A stretch of DNA of 64,000 nucleotides from Octopus vulgaris (taxonomy: Eukaryota): positions 57,784,001-57,848,000 of the forward strand of contig OX597826.1 of assembly GCA_951406725.2 (NCBI GenBank). The letters run 5' to 3'. This document shows positions 51,230 through 64,000 of the stretch, piece after piece. How positions within the stretch are numbered: the first letter of the stretch is position 1; each line of letters begins with the position of its first letter. A program made the position numbers and the translations under genes. Under the pieces are notes generated by a model. It worked only from the letters and a program-made list of their open reading frames with translations. It had not been told where the DNA came from and made no database searches.

Positions 51230-54224
51230 TATATATATAAGCAATATCTTATTATTCCAGTTCTCTTTCTGAAGATTCGAAAGAAGAAACTGTAGCAATA
51301 TTATCATTTGTTTGTACATAGTACAATTTTTGTTATATTTGATACCAAATTTGTAACTGACGATTCCCAAAAGTTTATACCTGCCATAAATATACCCTGT
51401 TCTGGAAAATTCATTATTCTATTCTCGTATAGATATTTCTTATTTGTGTTCATTTGATACACACACACACACACACACCATAACTTTGTTTTTTAAGCAT
51501 ATCGCTTGTACTAGAAACTTACGAGGCGCTTGACAAATATAAAAAAAAAAAACCCAGTTTATTTTTTAGTAAATCGTTAAGCAGTTCACTTCTGATTAAT
51601 TAATGGAATTTAAACTGTCTTAGTGAAGAAAATAATATGTTTACATATTTGATTGGACAAAGTGCCTAAGCTGAAATCTGCTCAATCATGATTGGTGACA
51701 AAAAAAGTTTTAAAATGTTTGCCATATATTAATGTCGACGAATCAGTAATATGAAGACGTAGATGAACTTGGCCACTGGCGCATGTCTATTTACAGGCCA
51801 ATATTGTTTTTAATTACTATTGTAAAAATATACGACACGGAAAGACCTTAGCTAAAAAACAATTAGTTAAAAATTAAAATAGCAGTCTTGCACTTGAAAT
51901 ATTGTTTTTGTAATGGAACATTCGAATATTTCCGATAAATTACTTTTCAACACTTGTTAATTTAGTAGCGAAAATTCATTTTTTTAATATCCTTTTTTTT
52001 TTTCTTCAATCGTTCGGGTGCGTAAAAAGTGAGTCTCTTGGGTACATTTATCAAGGTTTCAAATTAGTAAGATGAAACTTAATGACGTGCGCTTTAAGAA
52101 ATAAGCCTTCTCCCTTTGCTACCTCAGAGACTGAACGAAGTCGGCCGACTACGTCAGAACTCGTGCGGGGTGGGAGCTTAAAATAACAGGAAAATGGGCA
52201 CACGTGTAAAAGAGATTTCTCCTATGTAAACACAATCTTCATTGGTTCTTGACGAGTGTGATTTGTACAATACGGAAAATAATGGCTCTCATATTTATTA
52301 ATGTGCAGGTGAGGAAACACTGACTCGAGTTTGATTACAACGAGCCAACGAGGAAACCTCTGCACGACTACTCGATCTGCTAGAAATAGCAATAAAAAAT
52401 CTTCAAATTACACCCTGCAGTCATTAAAAGAAAAGGGATACATTAAACAATGCAATGCCTGATATATAAGAAAAGGAAAGACAAGATCATCATAGTTGGA
52501 TTGTCTTTATTTTTTCGAAACAATAACTCCTTTTACTTCTCTGCTGCTTCACAACTCGGTGTGATGTACAGAGACAGCTAAACTTACAATTACATGAAAG
52601 AACATGTCTTATATGTCTTGCAAACAACCTGCACATGCAAGTGCTACCAGTCAAAAGCTCCGAATACCGGAACCCAGCAAGTGTATGGGGTCATCAGGAG
52701 AAAATGCGCGCCGTTTCGGGGCCTACCTCTCGACGGCATCAATGCGCACCGGCCCCCCCTCACTGATATGAGGCCCCGCTTGCTAGATCAGCTTATTTCA
52801 ATTTTTAAGATGAATGCTTCACAAATACTGAAAAGGACAGGTAATAACTGAGTTGATTGTTTGAGAATAAACGAAGCAACTGTGGTAGGAAAGACTAGGG
52901 AGGTGAAATTCCATAATTTAAGAGAATTCAGGCAAAAAGTTGAGATATCCAACTTTTTTTGAACGGTCTAACGTGGGATGGTCAAACAACCTTAACCTAG
53001 AATCGAAACAAAAATCGCATATTTGGTCCGCGTCAACATACAACAACGATTTGTAAGAGACAAAAATAGCATCTTAGTCTACTTAGGCATTGGTATTGCC
53101 GCAATACAAATTCTTAAGCCATGGTTAACAGAGATTATATGTTAGAGAGAAAGAGAGATAGAGAGAAGATGTCTGCATTCATACGTGAGCTGAAGTCTGT
53201 GTATTTACAAGAATGGTTTAATGCTGAGCAAGCAGATCCTTGAATAATGGTGTATGTGTGAGTGTATGTGTAATCCATTCCCTTGAAAACAAACTTGATG
53301 TTTGCGTTTTGGGAGATATTCGGTGTGTGTGTGTGTGTATACGTGCCCATATGTATATGTGTTAGACTCACACACCAAGCACAGCATGTATTCTTCGCTG
53401 CTCGATATCAAATATCAAAAATATTGTCTTTTGGATTATATTATCGGATTTATTGTGGAAATACTTGGTAAAAGTAGTTTACTTTTGCTTCGCCCCAGAA
53501 AAACAAAGAACAAGAACAGGCAACAATATAGTTTCAACATAGTACGGTTTCTGTGGTAAATTATTTTAAGACCTGATTTAACGAAAAAAAACAAAACAAA
53601 AAAAAAAAAAAACGAAAGAAAAAAAAAGAGCAAAAATAGTCCGACACAGACTCAGTATAAAAAAAAGCAGGCAGGATGCCATCACATTTTGAACAAATAA
53701 AGAAAGTGTTTGCTAAAATGGTTAGCTAAGGAAGAAGCCACAAACAGAATTGTTGTTGCAAGCACTAAACTGTTATTTAAAATTTTCTGAAGTACCGAGT
53801 AAAAAGGAGAGGAGAGGAAATAGTTAAACAGCGTATTCAATTTTTCAATGTTTTTCTACTCTTCTATTACAATTTTTATTCCATTTATCTATTTTCAAAA
53901 CCACTCCGAATTATTAAAACAAACAAAACAAGATACTCCTTTACATCCAACCAGCTAATTTCAAAATAGAAATAATTAAGTTGTGCGTGTAATAATACAT
54001 TTCTCCACATACATAGGGGTTTGTTTTGTAGATCGAACAAAACCATAGTTGACTGGTAACTCGTACTTATTTTACAGGCCTTGGGTGGATGAAAATCAAA
54101 ATTGACAGTCGCAATCTGGACTTAAGAAGCAAAACTGGTAAAAGAAAGTCTTAATATACAGAATTCTTCACAACATTTTTCTCTCCCTTCTACAGTTTCT
54201 GTCCCTAAATAAAATAATTCTTTC

Positions 54225-54441
54225 TGTTACAGGCACAAGGGACGAATATTTTTTTTCTTCTGTGGTGAGATACTGTCAATAACATCGACCCAAGTACCCA
54301 AATGGTACTTAATTTATCGACCTCGAAAGGATAAAAGACAAAGTCGAATTCGGAGTCATTTGAACTCAGAACGAAAAACTGGAAGAAATGCCGCTAAGCA
54401 TTTAGTCCATCACGGTATCAATTCAGCCAGCTCGCTGCCTT
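54225..54441 (-). mobile_element. Family B SINE, diverged
   Basis: ggtacttaatttatcgacctcgaaaggataaaagacaaagtcga...tttgaactcagaacg...gccagctcgctgcct. Confidence 0.8.
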
Positions 54442-54502
54442 ATCCCTAAATTAATAATCACGAAATGTACAACGAAACTTGAACACTTTATATTTCAATA
54501 AT

Positions 54503-54892
54503 TGGCGTAGGAGTATCCGTGTGGTAAGTAGCTTGCTTACCAACCACATGGTTCCGGGTTCAATCCCACTGCGTGGCATTTTGGGCAAGTGTCTTCTACT
54601 ATAGCCTCGGGCCGACCAAAGCCTTGTGAGATTTGGTAGATGGAAACTGAAAGAAGCCCGTCGTATATATGTATATATATATATGTGTGTTTGTGTGTGT
54701 GTGTTTGTTCCCCTAGCATTGCTTGACAACCGATGCTGGTGTGTTTAAGTCCCCGTTACTTAGCGGTTCGGCAAAAAGAGACCGATAGAATAAGTACTAG
54801 GCTTACAAAGAATAAGTTCCGGGGTCGATTTGCTCGACCAAAGGCGGTGCTCCAGTATGGCCGCAGTCAAATGACTGAAACAACTAAAAGAA
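54503..54892 (+). mobile_element. tRNA-derived SINE (family A)
   Basis: Colinear with the 29770 and 58531 copies. Confidence 0.92.
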
Positions 54893-56617
54893 AGTAATAA
54901 TATTAAGAAATAATGCAAGATTGAATATGGCGGTATATGCGTGTTTTAAAAGACTCTTCTTCCGTGAAGTAATTGTCTCAGTTTCAACATACATTATTGT
55001 TATTACGACTCTTCCATGATGTAATTGTTTCAGTTTTAACGCATTGTCTCATATTAAGTCACTTAGCAAACATGTACAACTCCGAAATAAATGAATAATA
55101 TTCATATGAAATAATTATAAGAGGTTGGTTACCTCAGTTGTTTTCTTTATTCATAGAACATTTATAGAATAATGTTGTAAATGTATCCATAATGCCGAAG
55201 TTAATTAGGGACTCTGTGGACTGGCAATAAATTATGAATGATAGGGGTTCAGTTAAGAACAACCTCTACAGAAGATGATTACTTTATCTCATATCACTTA
55301 CATCACTGATAGCTTTGAGAACGGCATGAACGTCACACAATCTAATTTCATGCATATGCTTGTAACGAATATTCTTTTGGGGGAAAGTAATGTGTCATAG
55401 CGCTAAACTTTCGAACAAAATATGCGACCAGCTTTCGATTCCCATTTGTAGCCATTTCACATCGTTTACATGTCTAATGTCCCCGAGAAAGATATGAACA
55501 TCATATAACTTTATTTCTTCTCCCCTATAAATCTGAAGTCTTCTATTTATTGTGTAAGAAATCAATATTATTATCAAGACGGCCTCTATGGAATATAACC
55601 AGCTGCTTGTGATCTTCTATCGGTTCTCTGCTGATTACAATCTGTACTGTGTATATTTTGTAATCTTGGGAAATAAATATTTTATCTTTTACAATCTCAA
55701 GAGAAACCAAACACCTAAATGACGAAATATCAGCTGCGTGCTGCGAGTGAAAGTAGTTTGCCAATTCAGGGTTTGACACCACTAAAGGATTAGTTTGGGG
55801 ACTTCCTGCAATTCAGGTTCCTGAAGAAGCAGAGATACCGAATGAAATCACTAACAGAAGTAGAAAAACAATAATAAATCATAAGAGCAGACTGAAATTT
55901 TTTCTTCCTTCCTTCCTTTCTTCTTTCTCTCTTGTAATGTGAAGGAAAAGTGTAAATTGTTCCAAATTAAAAAGAGAATGAAATCGAACCTAAGACTTGC
56001 AAGAGCTCAGCATTTATTTAATGAAGCATACTGAAGCCGGTCATTAATTATTTATTCCAACCAAAAAGCCACACACACACACAGATCAAAACAAGGCCAC
56101 AGGAAGAAAACTTTAGTCCCTGTTCGACTCTAATTTGATTAGAAGTTAATCCGGCTAAATCCTTGGATAAGATTGCATGACTATCCTATCATTTTGACAG
56201 TTTGCAATTTCAATGACTTAAGAAGTGATGATATAAAAAACGAAAGAAACAGGGAAAGGTTAGAAAAAAAGATACACACACACACACACACACACACACG
56301 CATCAGTAGTATGTAGCGAATGACACCGACTACAAACACCCCGCCTTTCTAACCGCTTCAAATATATCATTTCGAAAAAGACCTCAGGGGTTAATGGATG
56401 CTGTTGTGATTGACATTTCTATATTTACTGCTCCTGCTTTACAAATGCTCCATGTTTTCTTTCCACCAAACATTTGGCAGCTATCTCTGCCCAGTCCCCA
56501 CTCCATCCAACTTATCCCCTTTTCTACTGTTCCTTACAAAAGTAAACTTTAAAAAATATCATCGATACGTTACAAAATAACCGAACTTGATTAGGTTGAT
56601 AAATACGCGCACGCACA

Positions 56618-56680
<63 letters not shown>

Positions 56681-56795
56681 TACAGATGCAATGTGCATGC
56701 ATATTCATGTCATGATACGCTATGAACACATACACAGATTTCAATAAAGTTTAGACATCCATAAAAACCATAAAGACTCGCATATATATAAATAC

Positions 56796-56876
<81 letters not shown>

Positions 56877-58530
56877 TATATATAAAAACGTGAACACACA
56901 CGCTCCCTCATATATTACACATGCAAGTAAACACATAAAAAAATTTAAACAGAAATAAGACAATGTTTAAAAAACAGAAGCATCTCTCTCTTTCTCATTC
57001 TCACTGTCCCTTTTTCTCTCTCACACATACACACATACTTTCCTATTCTCTCTCTCCCCTAAATTAAAATTAAAAATTTAAGCAAAGTCCAAGCATTGCT
57101 AAAGGATACTCTCAAGAGTCCTAATTTGGAAGGGATTTTAACCTTTTTAAAATTTGGGTCATAATTAGAGGACATTTTTGGCATTCTAGACTAACAAATA
57201 TTAATTTATTCTCTCCCTCTCTCTCTCTCTCTCTCCCTCTCTCTCTCTCTAAATTGTTATTTCCTAAAATGTTTAAAATTTAAAATAAGTTGTCTTTCGG
57301 TTATTCCCAATGTTCAGATGGAGACTTAGCCATGACAGCAAGCCAGGGGACACACAGAAATACACAGACAAAGGGAAAGGGCAACTGTCAGACGAGCATA
57401 GGCAATGTGGAATATTTGACAAACATTTTTTATTCATAAATTTAAAAACCAAAAAAAAAAAAAAAAAAAAAAAAAATTACTTCATTTAATTTAACTATCC
57501 ATGGGTCACAAATAAAGGAATCCACTGGGCACTGGGTAGAAAAACTGAATGTAAAATATTTTAATTATATAATGAAACTTGAGATGACACAAGGGTTGAA
57601 TAGGAAGATGAAGAAACGAGAGAATAAATAAAACATAGTGAATGGGAAAACGGTAATGAAAAGAAATGAAAAAAGAAATAATGGAATACTAAATGATATT
57701 GTTGAATTAAAATTTCAAATATTGAAGAATATGCGAGATGAAAATGAATTTTATAAGCCAGAAGAATGTTGGACTAACAGCGAAAATTATGAGCGATTAA
57801 TCACCAGTTTTAGCCTCAAGAGTCGCAGGTGACTGACATGGTAAGGTCAACTTACCAAACAGTCAATGGTTCGTGTTCTGCCAACAGTACCGTGGTATGC
57901 TATGTCCCTTTTTATTTTTTTCCTGAACCCTAAGATTCATAAGGCGGACTACTCGGTTTCCATGACGTATAAGTAATCGAGATTATAGCATCCCTGCCTT
58001 CAAGAGATGCCGGCCCGTTGCAGTGTTCAAGGCTAGCAATTCTGAGAGAGGGGACAAGCCGATTGACCCCTAGTACTTGCTTGGTACTCTGAAAGGATGA
58101 AAGGCAAATTTTTTCTTCTACAAGATTTAAACACAAAATGGAAAAAGAACTGCGGGTCTACCTCATTACCTGGGGTAGCAGTATGTTCTGTCTTTAGACA
58201 TTTTTTAAAGCTGTTACTTATTTTGACATTTGCAACATTTACACGTTGCGAGACGACTATCTCAAGATTAGTAACTAAGTTTTCGCTACTACAGTGTTGA
58301 TAGTACCAACATAAAGAAGTAATAAACAACAACATCATTATGTTTGATTATGCTTCTATTTAGTTTTTAGTTTTTATAGAATTAGTTTTCACACAAGGAA
58401 AAGGATAGCGGGTTTTCTGTTATACCGGGAAATGAATAATGCGTTGTAAGAGAGAGGTGCAAAATGGCCCAAGCAACTAACCAGTAAAATCATATAAACA
58501 AATAAATGACTAAATAATTAATCGGAGAAT

Positions 58531-58697
58531 AGGCGCAGGAGTGGCTATGTGGTAAGTTAGCTTGCTAACCAACCACATGGTTCCGGGTTCGGTCCCACTG
58601 CGTGGCATCTTGGGCAAGTGTCTTCTGCTATAGCCCCGGGCCGACCAATGCCTTGTGAGTGGATTTGGTAGACGGAAACAGAAAGAAGCCCGTCGTA

Positions 58698-58748
<51 letters not shown>

Positions 58749-58946
58749 TTGTGTGTCTGTGTTTGTCCCCCTAGCATTGCTTGACAACCGATGCTGGTGT
58801 GTTTACGTCCCCGTCACTTAGCGGTTCGGCAAAAGAGACCGATAGAATAAGTACTGGGCTTACAAAGAATAAGTCCCGGGGTCGATTTGCTCGACTAAAG
58901 GGGGTGCTCCAGCATGGCCGCAGTCAAATGACCGAAACAAGTAAAG
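58531..58946 (+). mobile_element. tRNA-derived SINE (family A), near-consensus copy
   Basis: aggcgcaggagtggctatgtggtaag...ggttccgggttcggtccc...internal (TA)(TG) tract...ccagcatggccgcagtcaaatgaccgaaacaagtaaag. CpGs intact. Confidence 0.93.
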
Positions 58947-59428
58947 GAGTAAAAGGTAAAGAATATAATCAAGGATTGAACTCGCTAATTTAGTAAAAGA
59001 TCCTTAGAAGGTCATTGTGACATCGCTTCGAGAATATTCATTACAAACAAATCTTTAAAGACTTTTCCCCCTTTTTTTAAATTAAATAAATTCCACAAGA
59101 CAGGAAGAAGGAGAAGAAAAGGAAAATAAAGAACTTTTAATGCTGAAATCGCAAAATAAATAAAATAAAATATAAAAAAATCTGAAGAGATAATGGCAGG
59201 TGAGTGGAGGGGGGGAGAGAAAGAAGCCAAAATGATGCCTATACTATAGCTTATACTTCACAGGTAGACGGAATTAGATTGAGTTGTTGACAGTGTTACT
59301 TAAACCTTGGAGCACACCTTTGGGCAGAGAGACACGAAAAAGTAATGAAGGATATTGGTGGCGGAGATAATCCAAGGGTTAACTAAAATAGAAGTTTTAT
59401 TTTTCTCCCTTGAATTTTCTATTTTCGC

Positions 59429-59429
<1 letters not shown>

Positions 59430-59482
<53 letters not shown>

Positions 59483-59634
59483 CATTATTATTATTAATTT
59501 TATTATTATTATTATTATATTATTATTATTATTATTATCAATTTTATTATTATTATTATTATTATTATCAATTTTATTATTATTATTTTTATTATTATTA
59601 TTATCAATTTTATTATTATTATTATTATTATCAA

Positions 59635-59679
<45 letters not shown>

Positions 59680-59720
59680 CAATTTTATTATTATTTCTAT
59701 TATTATTAATATTAACATTA

Positions 59721-59753
<33 letters not shown>
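59430..59753. repeat. (ATT)n array with higher-order unit attatcaattttatt
   Basis: The variant atcaatttt recurs five times at ~27-50-bp spacing. Confidence 0.93.
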
Positions 59754-59754
<1 letters not shown>

Positions 59755-59852
59755 GTTCTTTCTATTTGTTTACACTTCATTTGAAAACTGTCCTGGCAAC
59801 AAGCAAAACACCGAAAAATGAATTCAATGATAATAATAATAACAATAATAAC

Positions 59853-59898
<46 letters not shown>

Positions 59899-60413
59899 TA
59901 AAAGAAAAAAAAGAAACGGAGGTAGGGTTTTAAGATTGATGTGTGTATGTGTGTGAGTATGGGTGATGATCAGTGTTTACATAACTTCTCTAGCTTCATT
60001 ACCCTTGGCAATAATACGAAAGAAACATCAAGAAGTCCTAACCACAGATGTCTATTGCGAAGGCAAAGGGAAAAAAAAAACACAAAAACAAATAAATGTG
60101 TAGAGTGAGATTATGTGGTAAGCTATACAGGATAAAAAAAATTAAAGGAAAGCTATAGTATGAAAGAGGAAAGGAACAGCATTGAAAACTCTCAAGGTGT
60201 GTGTGTGTGTGTGTACAGACACACACATTGTGAATGTGTATAAGTGTATGTGTGTGTGTGTATACATACACATACATATAAAGATGTATGCATTTACATA
60301 TATATTTATATATACATACATCTGTATATGCATGTATATATAGACATTTATATATTCATATAGATATAAACATATATCTATATATATATATGCATATACG
60401 TGTGCGTGTGTGA

Positions 60414-60416
<3 letters not shown>

Positions 60417-60446
<30 letters not shown>

Positions 60447-60640
60447 TGTATGTATGTATGTATGTATGTGTGTATGTGTGTATGTGTGTATGTATGTGTG
60501 TGTATGTATGTATGTATGTATGTATGTATGTATGTATGTATGTATGTATGTATGTATGTGTATGTGTGTATGTATGTATGTATGTATGTATGTATGTATG
60601 TATGTATGTATGTATGTATGTATGTTTGTATGTATGTATA
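60417..60640. repeat. (TATG)n microsatellite
   Basis: Direct inspection. Confidence 0.95.
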
Positions 60641-60850
60641 CGCACATACACACACGTGTGTAGACCTGCCTTTCAACAAAACACAAATATATAACCGAAA
60701 ACTAAAGATGCGAAATACATGACAACTTGCTTCTGGCAAAATTTTCTCACTCAAGTTGAATATTTTATATTTTCTACATTTTATTTTATTATTATCCATC
60801 CGATTGTGCTTATATTTCTAAAATCACTGAGCAATAGTATTGAGCAACAA

Positions 60851-60883
<33 letters not shown>

Positions 60884-61528
60884 GAGAAAAGAGAGAGAGA
60901 GAGAGAGAACGTGCGTATGTGCGTGTATATCTGAGGGAGAGGAGAGTGTGTCTGTGTGTTTTCGATTGAAACTTTCTGACGTTACTTGAAGTTTCACGAA
61001 TATTCGATCATTATATACATATTGACCCATAATGCAAAAATACCTTTATTCAAGATGGTGTATAGTTTAAATATATCCACAATTAGTGTTAGGATCGTCT
61101 TTGTACTTAATTAATATGCACTTCTCCCGCTTCACATAAAGAATAAAAGGAGAAAAAGTCAACCCCAGAAAAAATGGATCTTATAACAAAACTGCAAGCC
61201 AACGTTAACAACGTACAAATTAAATAATAGCTAACTGGCTGCATCACAAGAACGAAAGAGAAAAATACTTTTAGTTATACTTCCGTTCAAAAAAACTACA
61301 AAATTCAGGCCTTCAAATATATTCCTGTACACGTGAATTTTGAATTGCAAACTGGTTGAGCCAATCAAACGACACATGAGGGAACAAAAAAATTTATCTC
61401 CGGTCTAGGATATAAACATGTTTTATATTAGATCGAGATGGTCATCGAGTGGTCGAATTTTATTCATGAAAATTTAAGTAACGATTGAAGAGAGCAGACA
61501 AATATAATTCATTTTGTATTGAGTACTT

Positions 61529-61949
61529 GGATCTTTTCGGTTTGAACGGCAGTTTTTTCTAGCGGTGTCATATGAAATTGTCACCCATAATTATGACCCT
61601 AGTATCGATCTATTGCATTTCAATCTGTTTTAGGGTTAGGGTGAGGGGTGGGGGGAAGGGTATCTTTTTTTCTTCAGAAATGCAAATAAACCCAATCTGT
61701 TTCTTAAACGAGGGACGTATTCATACGGCACAGAATGTTTTCACCTCAATAGACGTCATTGATTGGTTGAAATTTCAGAAATTGAAGAAAAAAAAAACGA
61801 AAAATATCTTACAAACTATGGAATTTTTCTCAATAAAGCCAAGAGAAAAAGATGTTTTATAAACACATTCTACCCAGTATACGAAGTTTAAAAGTGTTTA
61901 GTTACGTGGAAATTATTTTCAAAAACTGCCGTTCAAACCGAAAAGATCC
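61529..61949. mobile_element. MITE with 29-bp GG...CC TIRs and 8-bp TSD (Merlin-like)
   Basis: Perfect TIR ggatcttttcggtttgaacggcagttttt (61529-61557 / 61921-61949). Flanks gagtactt / gaatactt (7/8). Confidence 0.88.
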
Positions 61950-62724
61950 GAATACTTTTTCTCTCTCACTTTTACACACACACTCACACAATGATACATG
62001 GTTTGGCTATTATCTTCGGTGAGACACATGTAAGATGGCGTTATTAAACATAATTTATTTGTTTAACCGACTTTGAGTTTTGTTTACACACACATATGCA
62101 TATACGTCTATCTCTCTCTTCCTCTCTTTCTTGTTAACTATTTATCATGAGATAAGTTATGGCTATGAGAAAGAAAAGGTAAATTTCAGTTGGTTCAAAC
62201 TGTTAAACTACTTATGCAACAAATGTTATTTCTCAAAGAACTATATATGTAATCAAAAGGCTATCAAGAGATTTGAAACAGATAAATATCATGTCAGTTC
62301 GATACACGTTGACAGCAACAATTGTCTTTCTTCAACAATTACATTTCCTGTCAGTAGAATATTGTTGTAAGACACTTATTAATCAATATTTATTTATTCA
62401 GATATGCAAATATGCAAATTAATTTACTGATCCTTGATAAACAACTGCATGGATCTGCATGAAATCACTCTTCTTTTCCTTTTTATTGACGTTCATCGAT
62501 AAACGTAAAATAGAAAACCTTTATGCGATTGCAAAATCGCTAGAAATAGAAGCCAGATCTCACTAAAATCACACACTTCCACCTTTAAAAAACACAATGG
62601 ATGGTTTAGTCTTAAAATAGCTATATTTGAGAAAAAAAGGTAACGGACAAAATTCGAAGGTTTTAAATAATATATACATGTTCATTCAATTTTAGGGTTA
62701 ATCTAGGTCTAAACAGCAACTCCC

Positions 62725-62761
<37 letters not shown>

Positions 62762-62850
62762 CCACACACACACCATATTTGATGGCATAAAAGACACACA
62801 GATATATCAGACGTACAGGTATATTAGACGTATCCAAATTTTAGCAGTGA

Positions 62851-63078
62851 ATAGCCTTTTAGCATTCAGGTTACTCTGTCAAATGGAACACTTAATTATT
62901 AACATTGTTTCTAATGAATCGTGCATTATCTCATAGCTTTGAGATTTTGGAGACGTGATTGTATATTTTTAGAAGGATGTTGAAGGTTGGCTGTGAGAAG
63001 TCAGATCTGACCGGTTCGAACATAAAACAAGGAGAATATTTGGGCCGGATATAGTCTATTTAGATGCTAAAGAATTAA
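62851..63078. mobile_element. Decayed piggyBac-like MITE
   Basis: Ends atagccttttagcattca...agatgctaaagaattaa resemble degenerate TTAA-CCCTTTAGCAT inverted termini. Confidence 0.45.
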
Positions 63079-63395
63079 AACTTATATAGAAGGCCCACTT
63101 TTGCATTTAGGATCCGGTGTGGGGGGTTTTTTTGTGTGTTTTGCACACTTTTGTAGGAAAAAAAGTGTCTTATACGCCATCAAATTCGGTTATAAACACG
63201 TACTTACTGCGCTAGCACGCGCGCACACACATACAGAGCCGGCGACCCGGGCAAGCTGAACTTCGGCTTGTACAAGCTGATGGTCGTGGAAATTTCCTTG
63301 TCCTTGTCACTCCCACCTTGGCGTCCCCTAGCATATGGCGCCCCGGGCGACTGTCCAAGTTGCCAGTACCTTGAATCGGTTCTCTCTCTATCTCG

Positions 63396-63429
<34 letters not shown>

Positions 63430-63431
<2 letters not shown>

Positions 63432-63628
63432 AAATGTGACCGCGTGTGTACCGTTGGCGATTTTTTCCTCCGTCTTCCCTTCTTTGGATCTTTCCTTTTC
63501 CTCTGTTTCTGACGAAGAGCTCCGCTCGAAACGTTAAACCCTCCTTCTTTCCTGAGCATCCAATAATACTATACTTGTTCCACGTCCTCGCGTTGTTGTG
63601 CTTTCTCTTTGTGTTTTCATGTTTGGAT

Positions 63629-63633
<5 letters not shown>
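63430..63633 (+). mobile_element. Penelope-like non-autonomous repeat inserted in (TA)n
   Basis: Flanked on both sides by (TA)n, homologous to 24218-24420 (-), and contains the hammerhead motif. Confidence 0.7.
63505..63539 (+). ncRNA. Minimal (dimer-type) hammerhead ribozyme motif
   Basis: Stem I guuu/aaac, core CUGACGA plus an extra A, stem II GAGC-ucc-GCUC, GAAA-CG-UU with palindromic AACGUU replacing stem III. Predicted cleavage after 63535. Confidence 0.65.
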
Positions 63634-63668
<35 letters not shown>

Positions 63669-64000
63669 CACACACACACACACACACATTTAATAATCCC
63701 TTGTCAGAAATTCCTAAATCTGATAACTTCCAAATTCTGATTTATTTTTCCAAAGGACAGGCCCCACAAAAGCAAAAATTCCAGAAAGCGCTTAGAAGAT
63801 TATCTGAAAATTAGCCCGACGAGTTGTCAGCCGTCGTAAGTGACGTGATCTGCCCTGGGTTGAGTGAAAACGTAATACACGGATTTGTTTTCGATTAAAC
63901 ATGAAATGTTTTATAAGTAAAATTGTTATAAATGTAAAACTTGACAAGTGTCAAATTTATATAAAACTACCTCCACGTTCTATGGATGGACTCTTTTATG

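Noticed and set aside
52640-52790. GC-rich island with ggcccc motifs (similar one at 63233-63385)
   Set aside because: Probably decayed hAT-type MITEs, but I could not define clean TIRs or TSDs.

Overview
This is an AT-rich, microsatellite-dense eukaryotic (animal) genomic window. The SINE families and the (TA)n/(CA)n/(GAT)n/(AAT)n landscape suggest a coleoid cephalopod, probably Octopus (inference, not verified). I recognise no complete protein-coding gene, and almost all supplied ORFs are microsatellite or repeat artefacts. Supported content: many SINE copies from about four families, several with perfect target-site duplications (TSDs); two RTE-type LINE fragments; a full-length dead mariner with terminal inverted repeats (TIRs); hAT-like, Merlin-like and piggyBac-like MITEs; Penelope-type hammerhead-ribozyme motifs; a 19-bp minisatellite; several local duplications; and long palindromes. 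About 1-38 kb is visibly CpG-depleted and about 39-64 kb is not. This fits a methylated gene body of a large minus-strand gene with a candidate coding exon at 40599-40814. The most notable signals are two minus-strand AG|GT(A/G)AGT ratchet-point motifs (17.9 kb and 42.4 kb). The first has a branch point, a polypyrimidine tract and a 35-nt exon with stops in all three frames, which is the architecture of recursive splicing in very long introns.
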